This document shows, piece after piece, positions 10,471 through 21,223 of a stretch of 64,000 nt of DNA. Each line of letters opens with the position of its first letter. The first letter of the stretch is position 1. Below the pieces are notes generated by a model. The model ran no database searches. It saw nothing but the letters and a program-made list of their open reading frames with translations, and had not been told where the DNA came from. Source of the stretch: Limnothrix sp. BL-A-16 (lineage in GTDB: Bacteria > Cyanobacteriota > Cyanobacteriia > CACIAM-69d); assembly GCA_041937175.2 (NCBI GenBank), contig CP166615.1:2208001-2272000 (forward strand). Reading direction: 5' to 3'. Made by a program: the position numbers and the translations under genes.

Positions 10471-12126
10471 TCACGGCGAGACCACGGCAGCATCGGGCAT
10501 CAGGGCCACGGCTTCCGCTCGGTGTTTTTTCAGGGTGGCTGCGGGCAAGGGCCCATGGAGATGTTCCCAGGGCAGCACTTCCCCTAAATCCCAGTTGCGA
10601 AACACATAATGATCCAGCGGGGGCACGCGATCGCGCAGTTCCTTGAAGGCGCGCCGGTAACTGCCCAGGGAGACCCGATCGGGGTTGTCCGTGTCGCCCG
10701 CCCCATAGGCCCGCACCAGTTCCAACAGGGGGGTTAACCGACGATCGCCCCGGGAAATTAGTGTCTGAATGATTGACCAGTTATAGCTTTCGGGCCGGAA
10801 GTCAATGCCATTGGAACGCAGGCGCTTTTGCAGCAATTTCAACCGCTTTTCCGCGTCCCGGTTCACCCCAAACCATTGAAAAGGGGTGTGGGCTTTGGGC
10901 ACGAAGGTGCTGCAACCGAGGGTTAATTTCAGACCCGGGGCAGCTTTTTTGAGCTGTAACATCATGGCCGCTGTGGCTTCGATGTCGTCGGGGGTTTCGC
11001 CGGGAATCCCGGCCATGCCGTAAAGCTTGAGGGCGCTGAGGCCGCCGGCTTTGGCGTTCACGGCGGCCTGTTCGATCGCTTCGGTGGCCAACTTTTTGTT
11101 GATGATTTGCCGCACCGTTTCCGAACCGCTTTCCACGGCCACGGTGATCGATTTGCAATCGCGGCTGGCCAAAACGCGGGCCAGCTTTTCCGTCACCGTG
11201 TTGGTGCGCACCGAAGCCACACTGAGCCGCACCTGTTCATAGGCGGTTCCAGCCAGGCGATCGAGCAGACTGTCAAATTCAGGATGTTGGGTCACGGAAG
11301 CGCCGAGCAGGCCGATCCGGTTGGTGGCTTGCAGTCCCCGATCGATGGCCGGCAGCAAGGAGCCTTCCAAGTCCGCCGTCCGAAAGGGCAAGGTGAGATA
11401 GCTGGCCAAGCAAAACCGGCATAGTTCTGGGCAACTACGCACCGTTTCCACCATGAAGATGTTTTCCCAGGCGGCGCGCGGAGTCACCACCGTGGACACC
11501 GAAAGGGCGTTGCCACGATAGGTTTGTTTGCTGACGGTGGCAGGGATCCGATCGCTCAAGGGGCGAATGGCGGCGATCGGTCCCGTGGGGTCGTGATACT
11601 CCACGGCGTACAGTTGCGGCACATACAGACCCGGCACTTGGGCCAGGGCTTCCAATCGATCGGCCCGGGGGCGATCGCGCTGTTCCAGCAGCTTATTCAC
11701 CAGGGCATCAATCAAAATTTCCCCATCACCCAACAGCACCACGTCAAAATAGGCGGCGAAGGGTTCCGGATTCGCCGTCAGCACCGGCCCGCCCCCAAAC
11801 ACGATCGGGTGCTCATCGGTGCGATCGACCGCATGGAGCGGCAAATCCAAATCCTCCAGCAACGCCATCACGTTGACGTAATCCAGTTCCCAGGACATGG
11901 AAAACCCCACCAAGGCGGGCGATCGGGGCAATGGCTCCCGCGCATCCGTAAACAACCGTGCCACGGCCAACTCCGGCCGTGCCGCCAACATGGCCCACAC
12001 CACCTGATAGCCCAGGCTGGTGATGCCCACGGAATAGGTGTTCGGAAAGGCAAACACCGTGGGCAGGGACTGGGGCAACGGTTCAGCGGGTTCAAACAGC
12101 AGGGTTTCGTCAGCAAAAGGAGCCAT
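10471..12126 (-). CDS. B12-binding-like radical SAM protein
   Basis: CxxxCxxC (CPELCRFC), FPNTYSVGITSLG, GGPVLTANPEP and FVPKAHTPFQW. Confidence 0.88.
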   Translation of the reverse strand: MAPFADETLLFEPAEPLPQSLPTVFAFPNTYSVGITSLGYQVVWAMLAARPELAVARLFTDAREPLPRSPALVGFSMSWELDYVNVMALLEDLDLPLHAVDRTDEHPIVFGGGPVLTANPEPFAAYFDVVLLGDGEILIDALVNKLLEQRDRPRADRLEALAQVPGLYVPQLYAVEYHDPTGPIAAIRPLSDRIPATVSKQTYRGNALSVSTVVTPRAAWENIFMVETVRSCPELCRFCLASYLTLPFRTADLEGSLLPAIDRGLQATNRIGLLGASVTQHPEFDSLLDRLAGTAYEQVRLSVASVRTNTVTEKLARVLASRDCKSITVAVESGSETVRQIINKKLATEAIEQAAVNAKAGGLSALKLYGMAGIPGETPDDIEATAAMMLQLKKAAPGLKLTLGCSTFVPKAHTPFQWFGVNRDAEKRLKLLQKRLRSNGIDFRPESYNWSIIQTLISRGDRRLTPLLELVRAYGAGDTDNPDRVSLGSYRRAFKELRDRVPPLDHYVFRNWDLGEVLPWEHLHGPLPAATLKKHRAEAVALMPDAAVVSP

Positions 12127-12361
12127 GCAAAAACTGGAAAAACCAGAGAAAAACCAGAAAACAACCGGAAAATAACCAGAAACTAGCGGCGTTAAGGAAC
12201 GGCTATCAGCATGACAGGCTTAATAGATTGGGTCAAAGTTGCGGAGCCAGTCATGGTAACAAGGGGCCTGAGCATCTTGCTGCTTAAGGATTAGGTAGAC
12301 AGTAACAGCCATGTAATTTAATCCAGCAAATTAAGGCAGCCACGTTACTAGGAGCAGCTTA

Positions 12362-12492
12362 GAGGATGTCTGAAAAGTGTCTTTTGGCACGGGCAATGCA
12401 CCAATAGTCGTGGGGGCAAGGGGCTTGAGCATCTTGTCTTCGTCGATCGATGAGGCGTGCAGAGTATCGATTTTGGCTTTTCAGACATCCTC
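12362..12492. mobile_element. MITE family A, copy 3 (131 bp)
   Basis: Perfect 16-bp termini GAGGATGTCTGAAAAG / CTTTTCAGACATCCTC with TTA on both flanks. Confidence 0.88.
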
Positions 12493-13461
12493 TTAGGATC
12501 GCACCGAAGTTTCCGCCGAGGCGAAGCGTTCCTTAAACAACTTGATGTAAAGGTGCTTGAAGGTGGAACGAATCACCCGAGGCAACCCAAAATCGATCGG
12601 CATCAGGAAACTGGATAAGCGCCAGTCCTCGATCGCCAGATCCGCCGGCCGCTGCAAGGGATAGGTCACCTGTTCCGGGGCCGGACAAACGCCCAAGGCT
12701 TCCGCCGCCGCCAAGGTGGGCACAGTTGCCGAATCCACCTGCAAAATGTCCGCCAAAGCCCGATCGAGGGCAAATACATTAGCCGATGCGCCCAACACCC
12801 CCAACAGGCGCGGTTCGCCGTTGCTGGGGCCGTCGCCCTCGTGGCCAATGATTCCATCCACGATCGTCAAGTCGGGGTCGATCGTCCGTGCCGTTTCCAC
12901 CAACATGCGCCCAAACCGAGCCACGTCTTTCCCCGCGTCCAAATGCCACCAGGCCTTCAGCTTGCCCGGCACGCAGCCGAACAAATTCTTCACCCCCAGC
13001 GTAATCGTCAATTGGCAGTGAGACTTCACCTTGGGCAAATTAATCACCACATCTGCCTCCATCGCTTCCTTGCTCAGGCGCAGGTGACCAAATTCGCCGC
13101 TGAGGCTGTCGTAGCGCTGGCCCCGAAATTCCACGATCGGGATATTCAAACCTTGGGCGATCGGGGCCAGGCCGTTAGCCTTGGCCACGCCGGCCGCGCT
13201 GCCAAAGGCGGGACTGTCGCCCAAAAAGGGTTTTCCACCGGCCGCCAACACCAACTCCGCCACCACCTGCACCAGCTCGGGGCGAGTCGTGCATTCTTTG
13301 GCGGGTCGCGATCCGGTCAGGAGGTTGGGTTTCAACAGCACCCGATCGCCCGGCTGCACAAAGGCCGCCATCCCGCCCAAGGGTTCCAACAGGGCCACGA
13401 CTTTTTCGCGCAACAGATCCAAATCATAGCTAGTGGCACTGAGCAAGCTAACGGGAACCAT
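12493..13461 (-). CDS. DUF362 domain protein
   Basis: VLLKPNLL, TRPELV, GDSPAFG, INLPKVKSH, TLGVKNLFG and DGIIGHEGDGP. Confidence 0.85.
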   Translation of the reverse strand: MVPVSLLSATSYDLDLLREKVVALLEPLGGMAAFVQPGDRVLLKPNLLTGSRPAKECTTRPELVQVVAELVLAAGGKPFLGDSPAFGSAAGVAKANGLAPIAQGLNIPIVEFRGQRYDSLSGEFGHLRLSKEAMEADVVINLPKVKSHCQLTITLGVKNLFGCVPGKLKAWWHLDAGKDVARFGRMLVETARTIDPDLTIVDGIIGHEGDGPSNGEPRLLGVLGASANVFALDRALADILQVDSATVPTLAAAEALGVCPAPEQVTYPLQRPADLAIEDWRLSSFLMPIDFGLPRVIRSTFKHLYIKLFKERFASAETSVRS

Positions 13462-13558
13462 CGGCGTGTCTCCTGGTGTTTTGGGGGGCAATGGTTGAAA
13501 TGATGGATCGAAATCAGGGATCGAAAAAGATGGATCGAAACTAGGGATCGAAATGCGA

Positions 13559-14635
13559 TTAGAAAACAATCGAGGGCGGAGCAATCGACTGATTTAAATC
13601 ATAGGTTGATTGATTTGAATCCTGGGTTGGTTGGCTGAAATGATGGGCCTTGGGTAAAGATTGCCCCGGAAAACGTTCTAGGATGGCTGACCAAGCCGCC
13701 ACCACGTCATTAGTTTGATTAGCCAAAGAATAGGTGTTGCGAATATAGGCCGATGCTTGTTTGACTTTGGCGATCGTGGACTCAGGATGGTTTACCCAAT
13801 CGTCGATCGCCTGTTCCACTGCCTCTACAAATCCTAAAATATCGCCCCGCTCGATCGGGTAAGAAAACTCCGGTTTGAAAAATTCCCGCCCACCGCGACC
13901 GTGGTAACCCACCGTCAGACAGCCCGCCGCCATCGCTTCCGCCGCCGGTAAGCCAAATCCCTCTGGATCACCAAAACTCATAAAAATTGCCGAATTGCGC
14001 ATCATTTCGGCTAATTTCGCCTGGGGCAAATCCAACACTCGCACCAATTGAAATCCCTGGAGTCGATCGCGGTGGCGCAAGATTTGGCAAACCTGCTGAA
14101 CATCCATGAAATTTTTACGCGCTAGGAAGCAAATTTGATTGCTCTTTCGCTCAGGAAAATAAAACAACTCCGGATCAACGCTACACCGAACCCGGTGAAC
14201 CTTAACTTGCGGAAAAGCCGTATGAATATAGTTTTTGCTGTCTTCAGAAACAACAATCACGCCTAATAAATTCGGATCAGCATAGGGCAAATATTCTTCT
14301 TCAAAATTCACTGAGAATTTATCAAATGTGTAATAGACATTTTGATTAAAAATCACAAAGGGAATATCTTTGGGCAGCTTGGCATATTCCGCCTGTTCAT
14401 AGACCTCGGGCACAACCACAATGCTGCGATCGGGGTTAATGGTCAGAATTCCACCGAGGATACGTGTTTCGTTGGGAAACCACTGGCAACGAAATTCCGC
14501 TTCCCTATGCAAAACCGCTGCGGAAAATCCCGCCTGATTCAACAGATCCACCTGGCGATAGATCATCTGTACGCCGCCGGTCGGTTTTGTGAATTGTCGG
14601 CAGGGAAAGTAAATCTCGATCGCCTTTGGATCCAC
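13559..14635 (-). CDS. glycosyltransferase (GT-B, family 4-like)
   Basis: PTGGVQMIY N-terminus and EGFGLPAAEAMAAGC; GTG start. Confidence 0.85.
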   Translation of the reverse strand: MDPKAIEIYFPCRQFTKPTGGVQMIYRQVDLLNQAGFSAAVLHREAEFRCQWFPNETRILGGILTINPDRSIVVVPEVYEQAEYAKLPKDIPFVIFNQNVYYTFDKFSVNFEEEYLPYADPNLLGVIVVSEDSKNYIHTAFPQVKVHRVRCSVDPELFYFPERKSNQICFLARKNFMDVQQVCQILRHRDRLQGFQLVRVLDLPQAKLAEMMRNSAIFMSFGDPEGFGLPAAEAMAAGCLTVGYHGRGGREFFKPEFSYPIERGDILGFVEAVEQAIDDWVNHPESTIAKVKQASAYIRNTYSLANQTNDVVAAWSAILERFPGQSLPKAHHFSQPTQDSNQSTYDLNQSIAPPSIVF

Positions 14636-14848
14636 AGTTAATCTACCTAATTTCAGAAACTAGCAGTATGACTCAAGACCTATATTGATCCACTTCGGTG
14701 ATCAACAGAATTTGCCAACCAAGACCGAGGAAAATCAGCCTTGATAATCATCCAAACGGCTCGATCGCACCATCAGCAACTTCGCTCAGAACTGGGCTGC
14801 AAACTGCGCCCCCCAAAGCTCATTTTGGGCGATCGAGCCGCTTAAAAC

Positions 14849-16261
14849 CTAAGTCGTTGGATTCGGCATTTGGCTCATGGTTTCCAAATCCAAAACTTCC
14901 GCCAACTTAGCCTCATCCATTAACCCTTTTTCCAAGACCAATTGGCGCAGAGACTTGCCCGTTTCTAGGGATTCTTTGGCGATCGCAGCGGCATTCAAAT
15001 AGCCAATGTGCGTATTCAGCGCCGTCACCAGGGCCAAGCTCCCTTCGGCATAATGCAAACAGCGATCGGGATTGGCTTCAATGCCCATCAAACAGCGATC
15101 ACTTAAAGCAGCGATCGTGTTGCCCAAAATCTCAATGCTTTGAATCAAATTGTAGGCAATCAACGGCATCATCACATTCAATTCCAGTTGTCCTGCCTGG
15201 GCTGCCAGGGCGATCGCCTGGTCATAGCCCATCACTTGGAAACAAACCATGGAAGTCATCTCCGCCATCACCGGATTATATTTACCCGGCATGATTGAAG
15301 ATCCTGGCTGCACGGGCGGCAATTGAATTTCCTTAAATCCAGTTTTGGGCCCCGAATCCATCAAGCGCAAATCATGGGAAATCTTGGCCAAATCCTGAGC
15401 CAAATTCCGAATCGAACCGGACACATTCACAAAAGGAGCCATACTCTGCATAGCCGCCATCAAATGGGGAGCCGATCGCAACGGTTGCCCAATCAATTCT
15501 GAGAGTAATTCAGCCACCCGGAAGCGATATTGCGGATGGGTATTCATCCCCGTGCCCGCAGCGCTGCCGCCCAATCCCAAGACGCGCAAATCTTCCGCCG
15601 CCGTGGCAATTCGCCGCTCGTGATCTTGCAAAATATAAGCCCAGGCTCGGAAGCTTTCGCCCAACCGCACGGGTACTGCGTCCTGCAAATGGGTGCGGCC
15701 AGATTTGACAATTTCTTGGAAAGCGATCGCCTTGGCTTCCATGGCGGCGATCGCCTTTTTGAGGGCTGGAAACAGAGTGCGATCGAGCGCCAACAACCCT
15801 CCAATCCGAATGGCCGTCGGAATTACATCATTGGTGGATTGACCATAATTCACGTGATCATTAGGACTCACGCGGCCATAGTTTCCCTTGCGATCGCCCA
15901 ACAGCTCCAAAGCCCGATTGGCCAACACTTCATTCACATTCATGTGATGGGAAGTGCCGGCCCCCGCTTGGTAAACATCCACTACAAATTGATCGCGCAA
16001 TTGACCTTGCAAAATTTCATCGGCTGCCTGCACGATCGATTGGCCTAATTCTTCCGAAATACAGCCCAATTCTGCATTAGCGATCGCGGTGGCTTTTTTG
16101 ATCAGCAAACAGGCATCGACATAGGTAGGCAGCGGTTTAAGGCCACTAATCGGGAAATTCTCGATCGCCCGGCAAGTCTGAATCCCGTAATAGACCGTAT
16201 CGGGGATTTGTCGTTCCCCCATCGAATCCTTCTCAATTCGGAAGTTGTCAGCGGTGCTCAT
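14849..16261 (-). CDS. aspA: aspartate ammonia-lyase (fumarase/aspartase superfamily)
   Basis: RIEKDSMGE, YYGIQT.RAIENF, GQSTND, GRTHLQDA and signature GSSIMPGKYNP; class II fumarase not fully excluded. Confidence 0.8.
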   Translation of the reverse strand: MSTADNFRIEKDSMGERQIPDTVYYGIQTCRAIENFPISGLKPLPTYVDACLLIKKATAIANAELGCISEELGQSIVQAADEILQGQLRDQFVVDVYQAGAGTSHHMNVNEVLANRALELLGDRKGNYGRVSPNDHVNYGQSTNDVIPTAIRIGGLLALDRTLFPALKKAIAAMEAKAIAFQEIVKSGRTHLQDAVPVRLGESFRAWAYILQDHERRIATAAEDLRVLGLGGSAAGTGMNTHPQYRFRVAELLSELIGQPLRSAPHLMAAMQSMAPFVNVSGSIRNLAQDLAKISHDLRLMDSGPKTGFKEIQLPPVQPGSSIMPGKYNPVMAEMTSMVCFQVMGYDQAIALAAQAGQLELNVMMPLIAYNLIQSIEILGNTIAALSDRCLMGIEANPDRCLHYAEGSLALVTALNTHIGYLNAAAIAKESLETGKSLRQLVLEKGLMDEAKLAEVLDLETMSQMPNPTT

Positions 16262-16526
16262 GGTTTTGGGTTTTGGGTTGTCGATTGTCAATTTTACTGA
16301 GATTGATTGCTTGAGTTGATGACTTTTCTGAATCATTTTTTGGGCGATCGCCCTTGATGATTCTCTGTGGCTACTCCCTTGGATCACCGAGAGGATACCT
16401 GATCAATCAAAATTGCTATCTTTTAGGTCTTCTTGATCGACGAAGCCAAGGGGCTTAAGCTCCTTGTCCCCCCTCGCGCTGATTGATTGGTAAGCACTTC
16501 AAGCTACTTTTTAGGCATTTTTTAGA

Positions 16527-16655
16527 TCATTTGGGTTTTTTATTTTGCTCATCATTCATTGCCTTCATTCCACTGGCCAACATCCAAAGTCCACCCAAAA
16601 CAATTCCACCGGCCAAAGCACCCAACAGCCAATCTAAATTCATGCCACTTTCCAT
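16527..16655 (-). CDS. putative 42-aa single-TM small protein (absent from ORF track)
   Basis: Manual translation MESGMNLDWLLGALAGGIVLGGLWMLASGMKAMNDEQNKKPK*, 56 bp downstream of a same-strand gene. Confidence 0.55.
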   Translation of the reverse strand: MESGMNLDWLLGALAGGIVLGGLWMLASGMKAMNDEQNKKPK

Positions 16656-16711
16656 AAAAATCTGCTCAACAAAATTAGTGATCCTGTCCGTCTACTCAAT
16701 GCATCAATTCT

Positions 16712-17311
16712 TTAATTGGAAGGGCGCTCAATTCGGTCATAGAGCCACAGGGAAATCACCATGCCCATAAAGTTGGCAGAAATTCCCGCCAAATTGGCTA
16801 CCACCACAAACACATCCAACGGCCGCACAATTTTGGTGGGATCGGTAATGGCCACCCCGGCCGGTTGAGAGACCGCTTTCGAGACCAAAACATAGACCGC
16901 AACACCGGAGCCAATTAGGGTTAAAACCACCCCAATCATGCCCGCATAAACCCCCATTCTCAACAATTGAATGGTTTCCGTTTTGCGGGGTTGAGGTTCG
17001 CTGGTTTTATGAATTAATCCCTTAGCAATTCGGGTATATCGAAAGGATAAAACCGTGTTGAAGGCCGCCACAACTACGCCACAGGTGGCCCAAAAAATGC
17101 CAATGCTGACCCCTTGGGCAGCCCCTTGGCCGGCCAGACCCGGCACGGCAATCAGCAACAACAAAATGGCGGCTAAACCGAGGGCTAATTGCACCCAGAA
17201 CCCAATCCAACCACCCAGTTGCAAGGTGGCGGCAATGCGCTGGATGGACGGCCGCGGCCCCCTTGACGGTGGCGGTGGGGGCGTGGGGTTGGAATCGGGA
17301 CGGCTCAACAT
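16712..17311 (-). CDS. DUF3611 family membrane protein (Tic21-like)
   Basis: GWIGFWVQLALG and VRPLDVFVVVAN motifs with four TM segments. Confidence 0.75.
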   Translation of the reverse strand: MLSRPDSNPTPPPPPSRGPRPSIQRIAATLQLGGWIGFWVQLALGLAAILLLLIAVPGLAGQGAAQGVSIGIFWATCGVVVAAFNTVLSFRYTRIAKGLIHKTSEPQPRKTETIQLLRMGVYAGMIGVVLTLIGSGVAVYVLVSKAVSQPAGVAITDPTKIVRPLDVFVVVANLAGISANFMGMVISLWLYDRIERPSN

Positions 17312-17713
17312 GGCAGCAAGGGCAGAGTTATGAAGATGCGGCGTTTGGAACAGCGAGCGTTAACAAGGCGGGCAATGACCCAAAACCGCAAGGCTCAGCA
17401 TTGAGGTCACGGGTTGGGCTTGCCCCTCAAGCGTGGCATATTGCCGAGCCTCTCGCGCCGTTGAAGATTCATCGCAGCGGTCTGAATTCAGCGATCGATT
17501 CCCCCTTTTTTGACAGATATCGGGTGTGAGAACAGGAACGATCGCCCCTGGCGCACACCATCCTAATATTGGGAGGAATTGGCTCAACGCCACAGCAGCC
17601 CCTACAGTAACCCACCCGCAGCCATTCAAAATAACAGCCATCCACCGCAACGGGCCATTCCAAAATCAATGAGTTTCAAAGAAATGAGTTTCAAAGAAAT
17701 GGGTTTAGAAACC

Positions 17714-18886
17714 GTGAAAGCAATTACTCTTCTGGGTTCCACCGGCTCGATTGGCACCCAAACCCTGGATATTGTGTCGCAATATCCCGATCGATTCCGG
17801 GTGGTGGGTCTGGCGGCGGGCAGCAATGTGACCCTGTTGGCGGAACAGGTGCGACAGTTTCGGCCCGAAATTGTGGCGTTGCGGGATGGGAGCAAGCTGG
17901 CGGAACTGCAAGGGGCGATCGCAGACTTGGATCCCCAACCCCAGTTGGTGACCGGGGAAGCGGGCATCGTGGAGGTGGCAGGCTACGGGGATTCGGAGGT
18001 GGTGGTCACGGGGATTGTGGGCTGTGCCGGGTTGTTGCCCACGATCGCGGCGATCGAAGCGGGGAAAGATATCGCCTTGGCGAATAAGGAAACCCTGATC
18101 GCGGGTGGCCCGGTGGTATTGCCCCTGGTGCAAAAGCACGGGGTGAAATTGTTGCCGGCCGATTCCGAGCATTCCGCCATTTTCCAATGCCTGCAAGGCG
18201 TGCCTCAGGGGGGCCTTCGTCGCATTTTGCTGACGGCTTCGGGTGGGGCCTTCCGGGATTGGCCGGTGGAACGGCTGGCTCAAGTGACGGTGGCCGATGC
18301 GCTGAAGCATCCCAACTGGTCGATGGGCCGCAAGATCACGGTGGATTCAGCCACCTTGATGAACAAGGGTTTGGAGGTGATTGAGGCTCACTTCCTGTTT
18401 GGGATGGACTATGACGGCATTGATATCGTGATTCATCCCCAAAGCATTATTCACTCACTGATTGAGCTGCAAGATACATCGGTGCTGGCTCAGTTGGGTT
18501 GGCCGGATATGCGGCTGCCGTTGCTCTATGCCTTGTCCTACCCGGAGCGGATTTATACAAATTGGGAAACGCTGGATTTGGTGAAGGCGGGCGATTTAAC
18601 GTTCCGTGCGCCCGATCGCGCGAAATATCCCTGCATGGACTTGGCCTATGCGGCGGGTCGGGCCGGGGGATCGATGCCAGCGGTGTTGAATGCGGCCAAT
18701 GAGCAAGCGGTGGCCCTGTTCCTGGAGGAAAAGGTGCATTTCCTGGATATTCCGAAGCTGATTGAAAAGGCCTGCGATCGCCACCGGGCGGACAATCGAA
18801 CCCAACCGACCTTGGAAGACATCCTAGAGGCCGATCGCTGGGCACGCCAAACGGTGTTGGATTTGCAAACGGCGGCGATCGCCTAA
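17714..18886 (+). CDS. dxr: 1-deoxy-D-xylulose-5-phosphate reductoisomerase
   Basis: [34 protein letters not shown] and [12 protein letters not shown] start chosen (upstream in-frame ATGs lie in a 15-bp duplication). Confidence 0.97.
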   Translation: MKAITLLGSTGSIGTQTLDIVSQYPDRFRVVGLAAGSNVTLLAEQVRQFRPEIVALRDGSKLAELQGAIADLDPQPQLVTGEAGIVEVAGYGDSEVVVTGIVGCAGLLPTIAAIEAGKDIALANKETLIAGGPVVLPLVQKHGVKLLPADSEHSAIFQCLQGVPQGGLRRILLTASGGAFRDWPVERLAQVTVADALKHPNWSMGRKITVDSATLMNKGLEVIEAHFLFGMDYDGIDIVIHPQSIIHSLIELQDTSVLAQLGWPDMRLPLLYALSYPERIYTNWETLDLVKAGDLTFRAPDRAKYPCMDLAYAAGRAGGSMPAVLNAANEQAVALFLEEKVHFLDIPKLIEKACDRHRADNRTQPTLEDILEADRWARQTVLDLQTAAIA

Positions 18887-18943
18887 TCAGCGCCTAATTA
18901 ATCATCACCGAGCAGCCGGATCGCCGCTCGAAAGACCCTGGCC

Positions 18944-19786
18944 CTAGGGACGATAGAGCCAGAGGGGAACACCACTCGTGGCCAACTCAAAGTCCAGGGC
19001 GCTGAGGGCCCGATCGACCTGTGGCCCCGTCCAGGGGCCGATCGACCCCTGGGCCCGGCCATCGGAATTCAGCAACCGGGCTAAGGGGGGTTTTCGCTCC
19101 TCGATCGTCTGCACCACCACCTTCTCCGGATCCAGCTTGGTCAAGTCCGCCAACCAGCGGCGGGCATCCTCTTCCGTGCCCAGGCGATCGATTAAGCCCA
19201 ATTCCTTCGCCTGCTCTCCGGTAAAAATTCGCCCATCGGCAAAGCTGCGCACCGTTTCCGGCGGCAAATTTCGCGCTTGGGCCACGGTCTGCACAAACTG
19301 GTGATAGCTGCTGTCAATCAGGGATTGCAGGATTTGGCGTTCTTCGTCGCTCATGGGGCGATCGAACGCCAGGATGTCCTTATAGGGCCCGGACTTAATC
19401 ACCTTGAAGGAAACGCCCACCTTATCCAGCAAGGATTCAATGTTGTTGCCTCGGATAATTACGCCAATGCTGCCGGTGATTGTGCCGGGGTTCGCCACAA
19501 TTTGGTGCGCCCCCATGCCGATATAGACCCCACCGGATGCGGAAATATTGCCAAAACTGGCCACAATTTTGGTGGTTTCGCCCAGTTCCTTCAGGGCGCT
19601 GTAGATTTCCTGGGAATCTCCCACCGTACCGCCAGGGCTATCGATCCGCAGCAGCAAACCGGGATATTTGCGCTCTTTCACCACTTTCAGGGCTTTCAGC
19701 ACCCGTTGACGAGTGCCCCCGGCGATCGCCCCGGAGATTTCAATGCGCGCGAGTTGTTTACGAGTATTGGGCTTGAAAGGCCACAT
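18944..19786 (-). CDS. sppA: signal peptide peptidase SppA (short type)
   Basis: RIDSPGG, SASGGVY, TGSIGV, KSGPYKD and DGRIFTG. Confidence 0.93.
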   Translation of the reverse strand: MWPFKPNTRKQLARIEISGAIAGGTRQRVLKALKVVKERKYPGLLLRIDSPGGTVGDSQEIYSALKELGETTKIVASFGNISASGGVYIGMGAHQIVANPGTITGSIGVIIRGNNIESLLDKVGVSFKVIKSGPYKDILAFDRPMSDEERQILQSLIDSSYHQFVQTVAQARNLPPETVRSFADGRIFTGEQAKELGLIDRLGTEEDARRWLADLTKLDPEKVVVQTIEERKPPLARLLNSDGRAQGSIGPWTGPQVDRALSALDFELATSGVPLWLYRP

Positions 19787-19879
19787 GGGAATTGCCGTCT
19801 CGACACCAAAGGAGTGGATACAATTCTAGGGTTTAGTTAATATTTCTTAAAGTTATTGATCAAGTAATTGATCCCAGCC

Positions 19880-20956
19880 ATGACCGCCCAACCCGTCAAT
19901 CCCCAATCATCGCTGCAATCCTGGTGGGGGTGGCTGCTGCTGATTTCACCCTTTTTCTTTTGGGGCACAGCCATGGTGGCCATGAAAGGCACCCTTGACC
20001 ACACCACGCCCTTTTTCTTGGCGGGGTTGCGGCTGGTGCCAGCGGGGCTGTTGATTTTGGGGGTGGCGGCCCTGACCGATCGCCTCAAACCCATCAGTGG
20101 GGTCGGGTGGGTCTGGGTGGCGGCCTTTGCCCTGGTGGATGGGGCCCTGTTCCAAGGCTTTTTGGCCCAGGGCTTGGCCCGCACGGGAGCCGGACTAGGA
20201 TCGGTGACCATTGACTCACAGCCCTTGGCGGTGGCCCTGATGGCCCGCTGGCTCTATCGGGAGCAGATCGGGCCCCTCGGTTGGTTGGGGCTGTTGCTGG
20301 GGGTGGTGGGCATTGCCAGTGTGGGGCTGCCCGATGAATGGATTTTGCAGTTGTTGAACGGCGCGACCTGGCAAGCGCTCTGGCAAAACGGGGCGATCGA
20401 CTGGGATCCCGAGGCGATCGGGCAGGGGCTAGCGGCCTTGCTGAATAACCTCTGGGGCAGTGGCTTTTGGTGGATGCTGTTGGCGGCCCTGTCCATGGCG
20501 ATCGGGACGGTGATGGTGCGGCGAGTGAGCCAGTATGTGGATCCGGTGGTGGCCACGGGTTGGCATATGGTCTTTGGCGGAATGCCCCTGTTTGGGCTGT
20601 CGGCGGCCTTTGAGGTGAACCAATGGCAAGGTTTGACCCTGGCCGATTGGGGATCGATCGGTTATTCCACCCTCTTTGGCAGCGCGGTGTCCTATGGAGT
20701 CTTTTTCTTTTTCGCCTCCAAGGGCAATCTCACCAGCCTCAGCGCCTTGACCTTTCTCACGCCGGTGTTTGCCCTGCTGTTTGGCAATTGGTTTTTGGGG
20801 GAAGTGCTCAGCACGGTACAAACGGCGGGCGTATTGCTGACCTTGGTTAGCATCTACCTGGTGAATCAGCGGGCGGTGATTGCCCAGAAGTTGCGATCGA
20901 TCCATTCCAAGTTGGCTCCCATCCCGATCGAGGTGTCGTCCAAGGAATCGCCTTGA
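19880..20956 (+). CDS. DMT/EamA family transporter
   Basis: About 10 TM segments; FFWGTAMVAMK, LRLVPAG, QPLAVAL and LTPVFALLFG…LGE. Confidence 0.88.
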   Translation: MTAQPVNPQSSLQSWWGWLLLISPFFFWGTAMVAMKGTLDHTTPFFLAGLRLVPAGLLILGVAALTDRLKPISGVGWVWVAAFALVDGALFQGFLAQGLARTGAGLGSVTIDSQPLAVALMARWLYREQIGPLGWLGLLLGVVGIASVGLPDEWILQLLNGATWQALWQNGAIDWDPEAIGQGLAALLNNLWGSGFWWMLLAALSMAIGTVMVRRVSQYVDPVVATGWHMVFGGMPLFGLSAAFEVNQWQGLTLADWGSIGYSTLFGSAVSYGVFFFFASKGNLTSLSALTFLTPVFALLFGNWFLGEVLSTVQTAGVLLTLVSIYLVNQRAVIAQKLRSIHSKLAPIPIEVSSKESP

Positions 20957-21223
20957 TCGGCTCGATCGTCTTCAATAGGTCGCTAAGGGATCGATCGGCA
21001 ACCGGAATAGACAACCGAAATAGACAACCGGAATAGACACAGGACTCAACGAGAATCAACGCCACGAATGGGCGAGGAATAGCGAGCCACCGGAACCACC
21101 GATCGCTCCTTCAAGTCGGTTGCTATGGTGGAAACGGGTTGCAGGGTCGCGCCTATCCCCACCGTTGAGACCGAAATCTCACACCAAAACTGCAAATCAA
21201 AATTTCGCACCAGGAAAAACATC

